Source: Iphione sp. A-MEVVRFRX5 (taxonomy: Eukaryota). Taken from it: a stretch of 64,000 nt of DNA. Each line of letters opens with the position of its first letter. Position 1 is the stretch's first letter. A program made the position numbers and the translations under genes. Below are positions 35,401 through 48,003 of this stretch, piece by piece. Location of the stretch: the NCBI GenBank assembly GCA_976226885.1, contig OZ320315.1, positions 82,026,001-82,090,000 on the forward strand, written 5' to 3'. A model generated the notes under the pieces. The model made no database searches and had not been told where the DNA came from. It saw only the letters and a list, made by a program, of their open reading frames with translations.

Positions 35401-38400
35401 AAAGTCCCGTTTATCACGCTTTTAAGTTCGCCTGAGCCAGCGAAATAAGCGGGGCGAGCTATGCGACGAATGAGACAGCTATATGTACCTGGCTGTAATA
35501 ATCCCGCGCAACAAAACCATCAGTTTCCGCCTGGTGTGCATGGTTATTTTAAACGACATTTATAAAATAGCAGCTGCCAGCACCGGATCTCGTATGACGT
35601 TCTTGTGGGAAACTAGGTGCATATACTATAAGCGGAACGTTTGAATTGAAGGAGTGTTTTTAACTGTTGAAATCCCTCAGAATTATGCAAGATACGGCCC
35701 TCCCAACGATTATAATAGACTTAACAGCTGCAAAGAAATATTACAAATAGATTTTTACAGGCTGCTCAGATACTTAACCACTACATCCATATCTCTCTGC
35801 ATTCAGGGCCTGCTAAGAAAATGCTTACAGCCTGGCTTGATATTTACAGACCCCCCACCTTTGCAGGAACACGAGGAGGTATGCGTTGTTATTTCTTCCT
35901 GTATAAACGCTGAATGATCACCCATAAGGAGGGCTTCCACGAAATATCCATGAGCAGCTCTTCCGGGAGACATCAACCGCAAGGAGTGAAAGAGTATATC
36001 GACCTTAGCTCGGTAGACTCGACAAATTGTAAGGTTTACGTCTATTTGGGGGCCATGTCGCTCTAATGACCGTTTCATTTTATCTAGTTGATTACATCCC
36101 GTACAATTATTCGAAAACCATATTTTGCCAGACCGAGCGTGGGCGCACATTTACTAAAACGCCCCGATTGTATGGCATAGAAGAGCTCGGCACGATAATA
36201 ATGTTGATGCTGTGATATAATGAGCAGCTCACTGCCTATTAGATAAAGAAATCGTAAATCGCCGCTAAGATAAGTTAATAGCTTTAATCGCGCGGTGGGA
36301 TCCATTCAGTGGCCAATGGCGTGGTTTTATCTAGGTGCCCAGAATTTCGCCCGGAACCCTATTACCGTGCTATTGTGGTTGCATGTCGTCCAATCGTTTC
36401 AAACCGAAATGAAATGAGATGTGATTACAGATATTGAAATTATTCATGACGGTAAGCGGGGCTATTAATCTTTTCACTCGCATCGACAAACTGTTTGTGC
36501 GTATCTCATGCAAAGTTCGCATTCCCTGGCGCTAGGGACGGGGTGATCTATATGGATCGATAGGTGATTTCCGCTAAAAGTCAGCAACATGTTGTGTTCA
36601 CTGGGCGAGTGCATCTGCTACACCTGGAACCTATAGGTGATGCTTTCGATATTTTCCTTGGATGAAAAGCGTAATATTTCGCGTGAGTGTCATCAATATT
36701 GTCATGTGGTCTACCGCTACGAATCTTGTGACATTGGCGATGTTTTGCAATTGGCTTGCCTGTCGAGTGCGACCGCTCCCGAAGCGTACACGAAACATGT
36801 CTCTCACATGGTATATGCTCATTAACTAGACACTAAACATCGGTAACAACTCTCCTCTGTGCATGGCAACGGCAATCGTATTCATTATTTGATTACACCT
36901 CTCATCACACCGACAGAAAGAATAAATGAGACGTGACAGAATATCTTATTGCTGATTTCAAGGTAAAGATAACCCTCATTTAGAGGCCAATGGGGACGGG
37001 GTTTACACGTTTTGTTTATGATTGGCTGCGTGTGTACCTTCAACCTGATATGTCACTTGACGAGGTCTGTCATCACGTGCCTACATTCAGTAACCAGCCC
37101 AAAAGATGAGCAGCTAAATACTTTTGGGCCGTCATGGAAGCGTCAGGATTCACTTGGCTGTCCTTCTTAAAAGAGACACCGTGAGGAAACGTAAGCAAAC
37201 TAGGCCACTTTATAAGACGAAAACATTGTCCTACACGCACCTGCAGAAACAGGGTGACTGGACCTGAGGCGAAATTCTGTTGCCTGTCCGACCTTTCGCT
37301 GGCGTGTAATTACGAAAAAAAGGAACTTGACGCATGTTGTACCGTAGTGAATGGGAAATTTCACGCTTGGAGTGAATTCGAACAAGGCTAATATAATAGC
37401 CGTATTGCCACAACATTAGACACAGGAACACAAACCTTAGATTGAATTTCTCTTCGAGGTCTGTTTATCATTAGTACACATGGACTTGTTTTCGTCCATA
37501 CGTGTAATTGTATTGACAGTAATAGGCACGTACACGATGAATTTACCCACGAGTCCTACCTAAAGTAATAGGTATAGGTACGTAGTATTACCAATAAAGA
37601 CACGCTATTCCGTAAAGCGTGCTCTTACAGCGAGAGAGGAAAAAAGGCATTCTAGCATCCATGATCAATCAGGTGTGGAAGGGTAAAGCCAAGAAGCAGT
37701 CTCTGGTGAGAGGGCGCCCACAAGAGAATTCAACATACTGTGATTGGCTCGTATGGGCAGCTGCTTGTAGGACTAGCAGCTTACGATACTACCCGGGCCT
37801 TCAGCTAATCCCTTGTCGATCGGGCTACCTCTACTTCAACCTCGTGTTAAGAGTGCGTTTTGAAGTCTGGGCTAATATACCTAAATGTTTCCCAAGGGTT
37901 GTCCAATTGGTAAGTTTGTGTATTTTCTTTGCATCAGCCATTACAAGAGAAAAACGTATTTTTTTTACTTTGCTCATACTAGAGCGTTGTCATTTAGCAA
38001 CAGGTTCCCCGTCTACCCACAGCAAATGTTCTGCTTCAAAAAGGCATTCTGGTGATATTTCGATGCATAACAAACTTGATTGTTATATTCTCCATATCTA
38101 TATATAACACCAGGATTTATCGATTAAATAAAAATTAGCAGGCCGCTTATCATGAACAGGAAATTTGTTGCACACCAAAGCAGATAGTTCCCGCCGATGT
38201 TAGTCGAAGCCATGATAGCATCTTGTACGGCAGTAGCGAAATTCACAAGTTAGATATCAGGACAATTGTAAAAACTGAAGCTGCTATCTGGGAATAAACA
38301 GTCAAACCAGAAGCATTTCAGGTCGTGAGGGTGAAAATGTTTCAGAGATGATTATTTGAGTCATAAATAGTAGACCGCGCAGCCAAGATGAAAATGGTTG

Positions 38401-41400
38401 ATAATAATTCACCTTGAGACACAAGCTGGCCACAGTTTGACATATTGACTTTGTCGCCTACTTTGTTTTATTGCTGGTAATCAAATAAATGCGTGTGAGA
38501 CCTGGCTTATGAGCATTGCCTTGGCAACGGTAGAGCTGCATTGACAAGCTCATTATTTTCAGACTGACCAATGGCTCGCAGTTAATAGATGTCATTAGCA
38601 GGCCGATCGCCTTCGTCGCAGTCCTGGCGTCTGTCGACCCCTGTGTGCCAGTAACAAACGGGGAAGACAGATAGCAGGCCAAGAAAGCTTAACGAGATGC
38701 CGCACCTTCGACCGTCATCAGGGCGTGTATAAAATGGCTGGATTGGCGCAGCAGGATTCTTCCTGAAGGACTTTGAGTAGCGCCCTTGTAATGCTGCCTC
38801 GGCTACAGTACAACTGTTTCCTGAGGTCTGCTGCTACGCTGCCATTATGAATATTTCTCTCACTGGTGGACGTACTGGAGGATCGATCCCATATTGTGCT
38901 AATCCTTGCTGTATGTTTGACAGCGCCGTATACGACGCACGCGTGCCATTTGGAATATTCATTTACTTCCTATAAATGCGATTTACATTGAATTATTTTA
39001 CTTCTGAGTCATTCTAGAACACAAAAAGGCTCCAAACAGACACAAACTAACGGTGTTTTCCCTCTTGCAGCCTCTCCAATGTTCAGGTCCACCTTCAATC
39101 ATCTATGAGCCTTTGCTCTTTCCTGACCTATACACCTGCATATTTCACCAGGATGATGGTCATAGTTCTTCGTGCGATAGATTATCAACATTTACATAAG
39201 GGAATGACCTTCCCCCCGCGAGAGATTATCTATCTGCTTCATGATCAACATAGCTGGAGCTCTTCCCGTAACAGCCAGACCGATGATAAGTGATAGTGCC
39301 CATTGGCCTGAAAGCCTACGAGGTTCCGTGCTTACTCATTCTTACCCTTTGTCCCAGGAGCATTTCCAAATGCATAACCCATGAATTTAGGTCGTACAGA
39401 CGCATGCGCAGAACGACAGGCATCTCCTTTAAAACAACCGGAGGAAAATGATCGACTGTTTCAATGAAGTCAATAACCGCCGTTCTATTTCATTTCAATC
39501 GACCATTTCATTGAAGTCCATGCATATTACAAACGTCTGATATACAAAATACCCCATGACGTGCTTACGGAATGTTTTTGTACTCTGCGCCTCGCTAAAT
39601 CAACTACGCCCCCATTAAATCACAACGATGCAGCGCCCCCATCATGATATCAGTACAAAGACATCCTAGCGATAAGGGCGTAAGGGATATCAGTGATATT
39701 TTCATGGGCATCGCTTTATTGGAATGGTCCATTGACAGTCGCAACCAAATGCTGCAACTGGCCCGCCATTTTGACGTAGACTTCCTGGAACTTGGGCTAC
39801 ATGTTCTGCGGTTTCGTCAGTTCGGCCCGGCACTGTCTACATCTAGCAGAACGTGTGACGCGACTGTAGATGGCTGAGGTGCTCCGGGTAGCCTGCCACT
39901 CGCCATCGAGGCGTCTCCTCCCCTTCATCCTGCAACACTCGTCATCTCTCCCAACTACGACCGTTCGGCTGCCCACTGGTCCGGGCAGCAGCTACAAAGA
40001 AGAAGCACATGGCCAAGCATGCCTTTAGCCGTATCCAGCAACTCTCTTATTCTTTTGACCTCCCTGGGATCTTCTTACACTCACTATTTCTGGCTGAGCA
40101 GGCACAAATCGAATGAAGCGGCGTGACATTGTCCAATCCATTCAAGAAACATCTTCCGCCGAACTTGCACCACGAGAATAACTCGCACCGTTACTTTTTT
40201 ATCTTAAAGGTCTCCTGTTTGAACAGAAACTATAACACCAAAACCGTGCCTGGCGTGAACGCCGTCGACTTCCGCAGCAAGGAGAGCGTGATCGATACTT
40301 TATCAATCTTGCCGAGCCAAGTGAGTGGGAGAGAGGGCAGAGGTGCTTAGGCAGATGCCAGGTGTGCGAGTGTAGTCGACGGCTGAGGCGACAGAGTCAA
40401 AGTAGTCTTTAGAAGCTGCACACACGCCACGTTAATTGGTGGCCTAATGAGGATCTCCCACTGTGTCTGTCAGCCGGGAAAAGCCTGTTGTCTGCAGGTA
40501 ACATTTCATCCCCAGACAGCCACCACTTGTTGTACCGACAGCTGCTCCCAACCTTTCTACTCATCGAAATTAACTCGTACGGAAATCTACACAAAGGGGC
40601 CTATGTGCCCTCTATTTTGAAAGCTGCGAAATATACAGAGGCCACACACATTCAGCAGTCCTCAATAGAGGCTTTGGGAGAAGCTTTCTCTCCATGTCAG
40701 TGCAAAGAATCATCAGGATTCCAGGTGGTTTTACATGTATCCATTCTGGTGTGTTGTGTATTAAAAAAACCCTTAAAGGCGTATGAGGATATTATACCGC
40801 ATGATAACCAGATGCTTCCCATAATGCTTTTCTATGCTATCACAGAGTGAGAACTGTTAGTGTTGCAAATTGATACATGTGAAACCTTCCTTAGCTTTTC
40901 TTAATGTTCTACAGGAGCTAATAGTTCATCCAATGGTCCTTTTTAATATCACATACATGTACATGCATACGCATACATGACTGTTTTAACTTCTGATGTT
41001 AATGGTTGTATGCTGCACAGAAAAATGGGTATCGCACCTCGGTCATGTTCCATCTGTTGTAAATAGTCGAAATGCTCAAAGTGTGCCACAAAGGCGAACC
41101 GACAGCAAAAAGGTGATGATCGAAACCGGCATACATGTATATGTGGGAGTTGGGCAGGAGGTGGGCCATTCTCTATGGATCCAGATGCAGGTACGTGTAG
41201 CCATGTAAAACTAACCGCCCACTATACCAGCACTTAGCTTCAAGTACCGGTGTTCTACTGGGACGTATCACATCATTGCCGCCGACTCGCGTGTGCATTA
41301 TGCAAACTGAACATCGTGGCCCCTTGAGGGAACTGCTCTGATGTTTCACAACCCTCTACGACTACTCTGGTGCAAATCTGGCTGCATGGTGAAGAGTTTT

Positions 41401-44400
41401 CAACTCTCTACAAAGTCATCCGTAAATAATGGAACCCTTCGGCTTCGGCCCGCAAGAGACACGCACAGACATTTGTTAGTTTGTACTAGGTTACGTTGAA
41501 CTGATTGTACGCCTGAGGCGTTTGCCACTTTACGACGCGTTTCATAAAGAAATGGTTATGGGCCATTTGAACGTCATTCATAATGGTGCCATGATTAAAC
41601 CACAGTACCAGACTTATTCAATTATGAAGAAAAAAAAGGCCAGCATATTGAATTTATGGTTTTAATTCTGGGGACAATGTAGTGGAAAATCACGTCACAT
41701 TACTTTACTTTCCAGCCATAAGGAGAACGACACTATTGTGACGCTGATAATTGAATCCATGAAGTCATTGAAACGGTTTATGGACGGGTTATGCTTCAGT
41801 GCTATGGCTATAGGGATATGCCCAGCTTGTGAGCGTTTATGACAAGGATTACGTGTCCCAATTTTCACCCACGAAGTTCTGTCATTCTCTACGTCTGCCT
41901 CGGTCCAGACTCGGCTATACATGTATATGCGGGGCCAGCTAGAGTCAGCTGGCTACTGCAGCGTGCCACATGTATTAACCCGTGGTCTTCCTATGCGGCG
42001 GTTCGTGGGGTTCGTGGGTTACAGGACGGCCGCAACAACGATCCGCAACACTCGCCCTTCCCTATCTGGGCGATAATGGAGGCTCGTTCGGTCGGGGCAT
42101 AGCTGCGGCTCCGACTGGATTGACCTTAACGCGGTTTAGATTGGTTGGACTCAAGCGGCTTTGACTGGCAGCGCCGCCGATGGGCTCGGAGGTGGTCGGT
42201 ACTGGGATTTTAGGATGGTGGATCAGTGGACGATAGAACGAACTAGAGCCAGTGATTGCCAGCGCAGAGTTTCGTGCTGGACCGATAGCCCGTCGGACTA
42301 CGCAGTTATCTTCCTCCTGGAAGCTGTACTAGCCTCATGGCTCCCTCTGAATCAATTTCTGTGACCAACGCCGACCGTGTAGTGCTGCATTATTGACGGC
42401 GCCTCGAGAGGGACAGATCAGCAAATTGAATAAAGCTAATATATAGATTCGCCGTGAAGTGTTTGTCGGTTGCGTGGTGGTCCACTCTGAAGAGGCTCCA
42501 ACTGCCGGCCCGAGTGTCCGTCTGCTGCAGCCCCTCGGGCGGGGCCTGCCGGGTGTCAGGCCGCCCTACGGCGAGGACTAGATGCGAGCTCGTCTGACTC
42601 GAAGCGCAAACAGCCCAGAGAGCGCCTGCAAGTTGCAGGCAACCCTAGCCCCGATGCTCGAACGACCGCTGGAGAGGATACACGGTGGGCTCTGGCTTGT
42701 ATTTGCCCCTGAGGCTGTGTTCCTCCCTTCTCCCCACCCTCCCCGTGCCGCCCTCCTTCAACACAACAGCCAACGATGGAGATACTCTGATGCTGGCTCC
42801 CCAAAGAGTAAAAGGTCCCAACATAACAGCCAAAAGACCAGGCCGAGATAAAGGCGACTGCCTCGGCAATTCGTGCAGCCTGACAAGCTACAACTGCCGC
42901 CACTGTAGGACCAGATCTCACAGGAGATGCCGTTCTTTTGGCCTTCCTTTCTATCAGCTCCTATCTTGCATATATCCTAATGGCGTTTTACACAGTTCCT
43001 ACAATGGAAAGGGCCGCTCCAACAGAAGCGCTACGCAATTTTGCAACTCTTTTCAACTCCATCCTGATAGAGAGGGAACTTTCCATATACTACTATGTTT
43101 CACGCCTCACGTGTTCGGTGGATCATGAAACATTTGCCCATACCCCCAGCCAATATAAAGACTAATTCTACGAGTATTCGTCTTTTTCTTGACGGTAGCA
43201 TCATCATTGGTACCTGTTCCTAAAGAGGAGATGCTAGATGGATGATGCTGGACGGATAAGTTATTAAAGTAGGAATAAATCATTCTATATACATTTTCCT
43301 ATGCAGCTTAGCGCAAATCACCCCCTCGGTTATGCAAAACCCTGATCATCTACTTATAGCTGCCTGGGACATAAATAATAACAGCCATACGACGTTCCTC
43401 ATGCCTGGATAGTGTTGAAGCAGTGGCCGGCACAATGCAGTGACATAGGAACACAGGGGGCCGACAATATAGGCCTTGTGCTGTCGAGTACGTGGCTCAC
43501 GACTCAAGGCTCTGTCGACTACCTTGGAGTCTCAAGGAATAGACCATGAGCTACTGTTTACTTCTCTCTTCTGCTTTCATCGGCGAGTCAATATAACAGT
43601 GACTACGGCCATCCTCGTCTCCCCCCCCCCTACTCCCCGAGCCCGCGGGACTGCCTTGCGCTGTTCGTAGGCCGACTAAGAAAATAATAGGGAATTGATT
43701 TTCTTTGTGGGAAGTCATCTCTGCGCTATTTTAAGATGCTCACAAATTTATTCATTCCTTTCAGAGGTGTGGGGACGTTTGCTGACATCCAATACTGCAG
43801 GCCCTTAGTTGTGTAATCAGTTTTAATTTTCTCCCACTTTACCTTACTGGGACTGCAGTCCAGAATTGAACACAGCCATGCGATTTCGTAAACGTTATCG
43901 TCTGGCCCATTGACTTCAACAGCATATATAATGTCTCATGGCCAACAACCTTCGGTCAGTTTTCTATACAGCTTGGCCGCGTCGAACTTCAAAAGTTATG
44001 CGTTACATTGTCAAGAACAGGCAATAATCCGGACAGCCGGTCAGTGGCCACGATTGCATTGTATGGATATAGATTTGTTTTCCCTCCTCCATTGAATTTA
44101 GTCGCAATCGCCAGTGTGTATCCGTGGCAGACATACGCATGGGTCTGGCATCCAGACTCGCATAGGTCATAGTCGTGCATATTCCAGGCCTCGGCGGGTG
44201 GCAGCGGAGCACGGCGGATGACCGCCCGTCCCCCTCTCATCCTTATAACACGGCCGCCGAGTCACAAGTTCGGCATACGTCATCCACGTTATATTGGCTT
44301 GTTCCGTTGTGTAGGTATTACTTCCTCCGGGCGCCAGTGATTGATGGACCAGCCCTGACCACGGCCCCCTTGTGTGCTCAGCATCATCCGTCGCTAGGGT

Positions 44401-47400
44401 TAGGAGTTAGAGGTTGGGACGCATCTGCCCAGGGCGGCTTTTTGAAGAAGGCACAACAGCCCTCTTGACGCCCTATGAGTATCGGTCCCCGCACTGTGCC
44501 ACACGATGGGGACAAATGCAGTGGTACACACCGTTTTCTCTGTAAATATCCAACCAATAAAAGCATATTTTTTCCATAAGTTTGACAAAAAGTTTCCGTT
44601 TCAATATACTCTGCACTATGCTGCAGACATGCGGCGCTCTCTCCTTCTGTACCAAGGGGTTCTCGACAGTTATGAATTTATAAAAATATGAATATATATC
44701 TATACTAGATTGAACTTCCGTGGGGAGGTTGCACTGAATATCGACCGAGGTCAGCTGAGGTCAGCACTTCACTGACTTGAGTGTTTGGACATGATGTCCG
44801 ACAGAATTCTCTGCGCGCCTCACATGATGCCCATTTCCAATGCCTTAACACAGTGTGAGCGGAAAGGCATCCATGTACCCCATTGTTGTTTCGCGCTGGG
44901 CTGATGCCCCTAAACGAATACATTGTTGCACGTCTCTCTGTTTTTGCTTTCACTACAGTGAAAACACGTTACCTGTACGCATGCGACAAGATTTTAGACT
45001 GCAACTGACAAATATTCCCCCCGAGTCGTTACAAGAATTTATACAACAGTTGTCTCCTCGATAAGTGGTTTGAATGAGTATTGATAGAACAGGGATATCG
45101 TTCGCAAATCCCAGTTTGATAATCTACAGTGAGTCTGATGCCCCGTTGATTTTATCAATGTAGAGGCATCGAAGAATCATGCTAATGAATAATGTCATTT
45201 TATTTTGGTTTTAATTCACTCCTATCTCTGTTCTCTAAGTCGCTTTCCCCAGCACTGGATCCCTGCTATCAAAGAAGTAGGGCCCCTCGACTGAGATTGG
45301 GAAAGATTCTCAGATAAAATATCGTCTGCTGAACAACGTGAAGTATCCCAGGGACGTATTACGTGGTATTAATTGCATCACAGCTAGATTAAAGGGGGGC
45401 GAGTTAACTTCACTGAAACACATTTAAACGTTTCGAAAGTCTGACTAGAATATATTGAGCATTTAGAGTCTGCGCAGGGGAGTACCCAAACAACCGACAG
45501 TAAAGTTGGTGCTGCCGGAACTGACGGATGAGGCAGAGTAGAAAGCTGCCAAGACATAGTCCCAGCAACTGCAGATTAGTTCCAGACGTTACCCTTTACT
45601 TAAAGTCAATAAAGCATCAAAGTCCTGGTCAATGGTCTCTCCCGGTGGGTTGCGATGCATAATGGTTATTGTTGGTCGGTGGCACAAAGTCCCATCGAGA
45701 GGTCTTGCACAGAAGCTGACCGCTTTGTGGTCATCGTCCGTCCCAGGTCTCCCGTATACGCCGTAAAACCTGTGCTTTGTAAGGCAAAGACAGCCCGAGA
45801 TGTGCTTGGAATTCACGCTGTCTCTTGCCTTGCACATTTCCTTGCCGGGCTGGCAGTGGCTCAGCATGCTGCATACAGGGGGATTACCTGCTCCACACCT
45901 TCCGAAGGGCGCCTTGGGGGTGGGGGGCAAGTCTTGGGCTGCAAAGGTGACACCGCCGAGTGATCCCGTTTACTGTGGTACCATCCAGTCTCAATGGATT
46001 CCTAAACCCCTCGACGGACTTGGCGTGAAGCCATCACGTACCTTGTTTCCCCAGGGAACCGGGTGACGTGCTCAAACCAGGTCCAGGGTATCGTATGGTC
46101 TATTTCAATTATAGCCACGAAATGCTTCGATCTAAAACCGTGTATGGAATGTCGTAATGGCCAGCAGCGCTTGCCATGATTTCGTATGTTGCTCATATAA
46201 CACACTCCCTCTCCCAACCTAGGTAGATCCCAACATATCCTCCCATTGAAGCAGGATTGTTAGTGTTACTGACATTGTCCTTTCTCTACTGGGGGGAATC
46301 TCATTAGCCATCTCCACGGAGACCTATTGATGCTGGTGACATTCGCTTGACGTTTTGCCGATCGCCGCGTTCAGTTGGGACGCGGCTATCCATTTGTTAG
46401 TTCACGGAACGCTTCCGGTCCACCATATGACCGACAAGGCCGAGGCTAGATATCCCTCTCGTCGGCCACCCCCTCCCCCCCCCCCACACACACACCTTCT
46501 CGTTCTACCCTTCCTTCCTTCCTTTATCCACTCTTCCTGCGTCGTCTTCACAACGTCCGCGCCACCACCCCCACCACTACCCCCACCCCATCCCCAAAGT
46601 CTGCGCCCGTGGTTCCCTCCGTTGAGTGGCCGCCCACTTTATGATATAGTGGCCTAAGCTCTTGCCAAGCGTTTCAAATGTAAACACCGCTGCCGACAGT
46701 CTTTTGCCATTCTAAACCAGTCATGCAGAAGACAGCGCTCGGCGACCGGCTGGCCTGACCTCGGAAGCTGTGTCGCTTTTGGCAGGCGACGATGTTGCCT
46801 AACAGAATAATAGCAGCCCTACTGCGGGCACCCTAACAACGCCATCGCATTTTTAACATGGTTCCATCAGATTCCGGTTTCTGGACCAAGGATATTCATT
46901 GAGGGGAAAGGGGGCCTCTTCCTGAGCCGGAACAGCAGCCCTCTTGCTGTCAGCTGCATTTCTTGGCAAGTCCTCAGGTCCACTTGAGGTCAGTGTTATG
47001 GACAGGCGCGGGGCACCAATAGAGTGGCACCAAGGGTCAAGGGGAACCACTTGCTTTCAAAATATTTTATCTTGACAAAGAACAACATATTGACATGTTT
47101 CCCACGAGAAAAATGAAATAGTTATCCAATTTCGGTCCTGCTCCAAATGTTGCATGGTTAAGTCTTCCATGAAGCAAGTCTTTCAGTTCTTGCGCAGTAA
47201 ATGTTCAGTAGAGGAATTTCTTCTATAATGAATGTGAGTTGAACATTCTAATTGATATTGATTCAAAAAGGTTCCGATCAAGAGTATTGAGCCATCTGCA
47301 GTCCAATAAGGGGTAGATCTGCGAAATTATACCCATTGATGGTTTATGTAAGCTAGTGAATTTTTGCATATAAACCAACTATAAAGTAATAATTCACAAA

Positions 47401-47925
47401 AATTTTCTTCTCCTGATAAACATCAGTCTGTACTTATTGATGATGGAATATCCTTACTTAGATAACGCGTTCACCGCGAAAAACATGATCACTAGTATGA
47501 AGCCAAATAACATTGAGCATACTGTTTTATGGGGCAATGTTTAGTGGATGTAGAGACAAGTAACGATAATAGGAGGAGAGTTTTGCCACGAGAAAGAAGG
47601 TTAATATGGACGGTCCCGCCTTCTTTTATTTTAAAGACAATAGCCCCTCCTGCTCAGGCGGGCCGTTTTAGCAGCAGTGAATTGAGTCCGACTCTTGTCA
47701 GTTGTCAGCGAATCAGACGCATGACAGCGAAGGTTGACCACCAAGACGGCCATAATGAAGGGTTACAAGGGCATTCGACCGGCTCTGCTCGGGTCGCCCA
47801 CCAGCCCTCGCCTCCCCCACCCCTCCTAGCCTGTCCTCCGACTCCTCCTGTCGGCCTCACCAACGAGCGGTTGCAAGAGCCGACCATTAGGCAAGAAGGT
47901 CGCCGGTTTATGTGAGCAGCAGGAC

Positions 47926-48003
47926 AGGAGGAGGAGGAGAAGGAGGAGGAGGAGGAGGAGGAGGAGGAGGAGGAGGAGGAGGAGGAGGAGGAGGAGGAGG
48001 AGG
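47926..48003. repeat. (AGG)~26 microsatellite with one interruption
   Basis: Directly visible; one AAG variant near 47940. Confidence 0.95.

Noticed and set aside
37619-38107. 162-codon ORF
   Set aside because: Random-looking composition; a few frames this long are expected by chance in 64 kb.
42860-43165. Hydrophobic frame DAVLLAFLSISSYLAYILMAF...
   Set aside because: No clear start, splice context or recognisable family.
44150-44185. DYDLCESGC, ZZ-finger-like, minus strand
   Set aside because: The other Cys/His ligands are missing.
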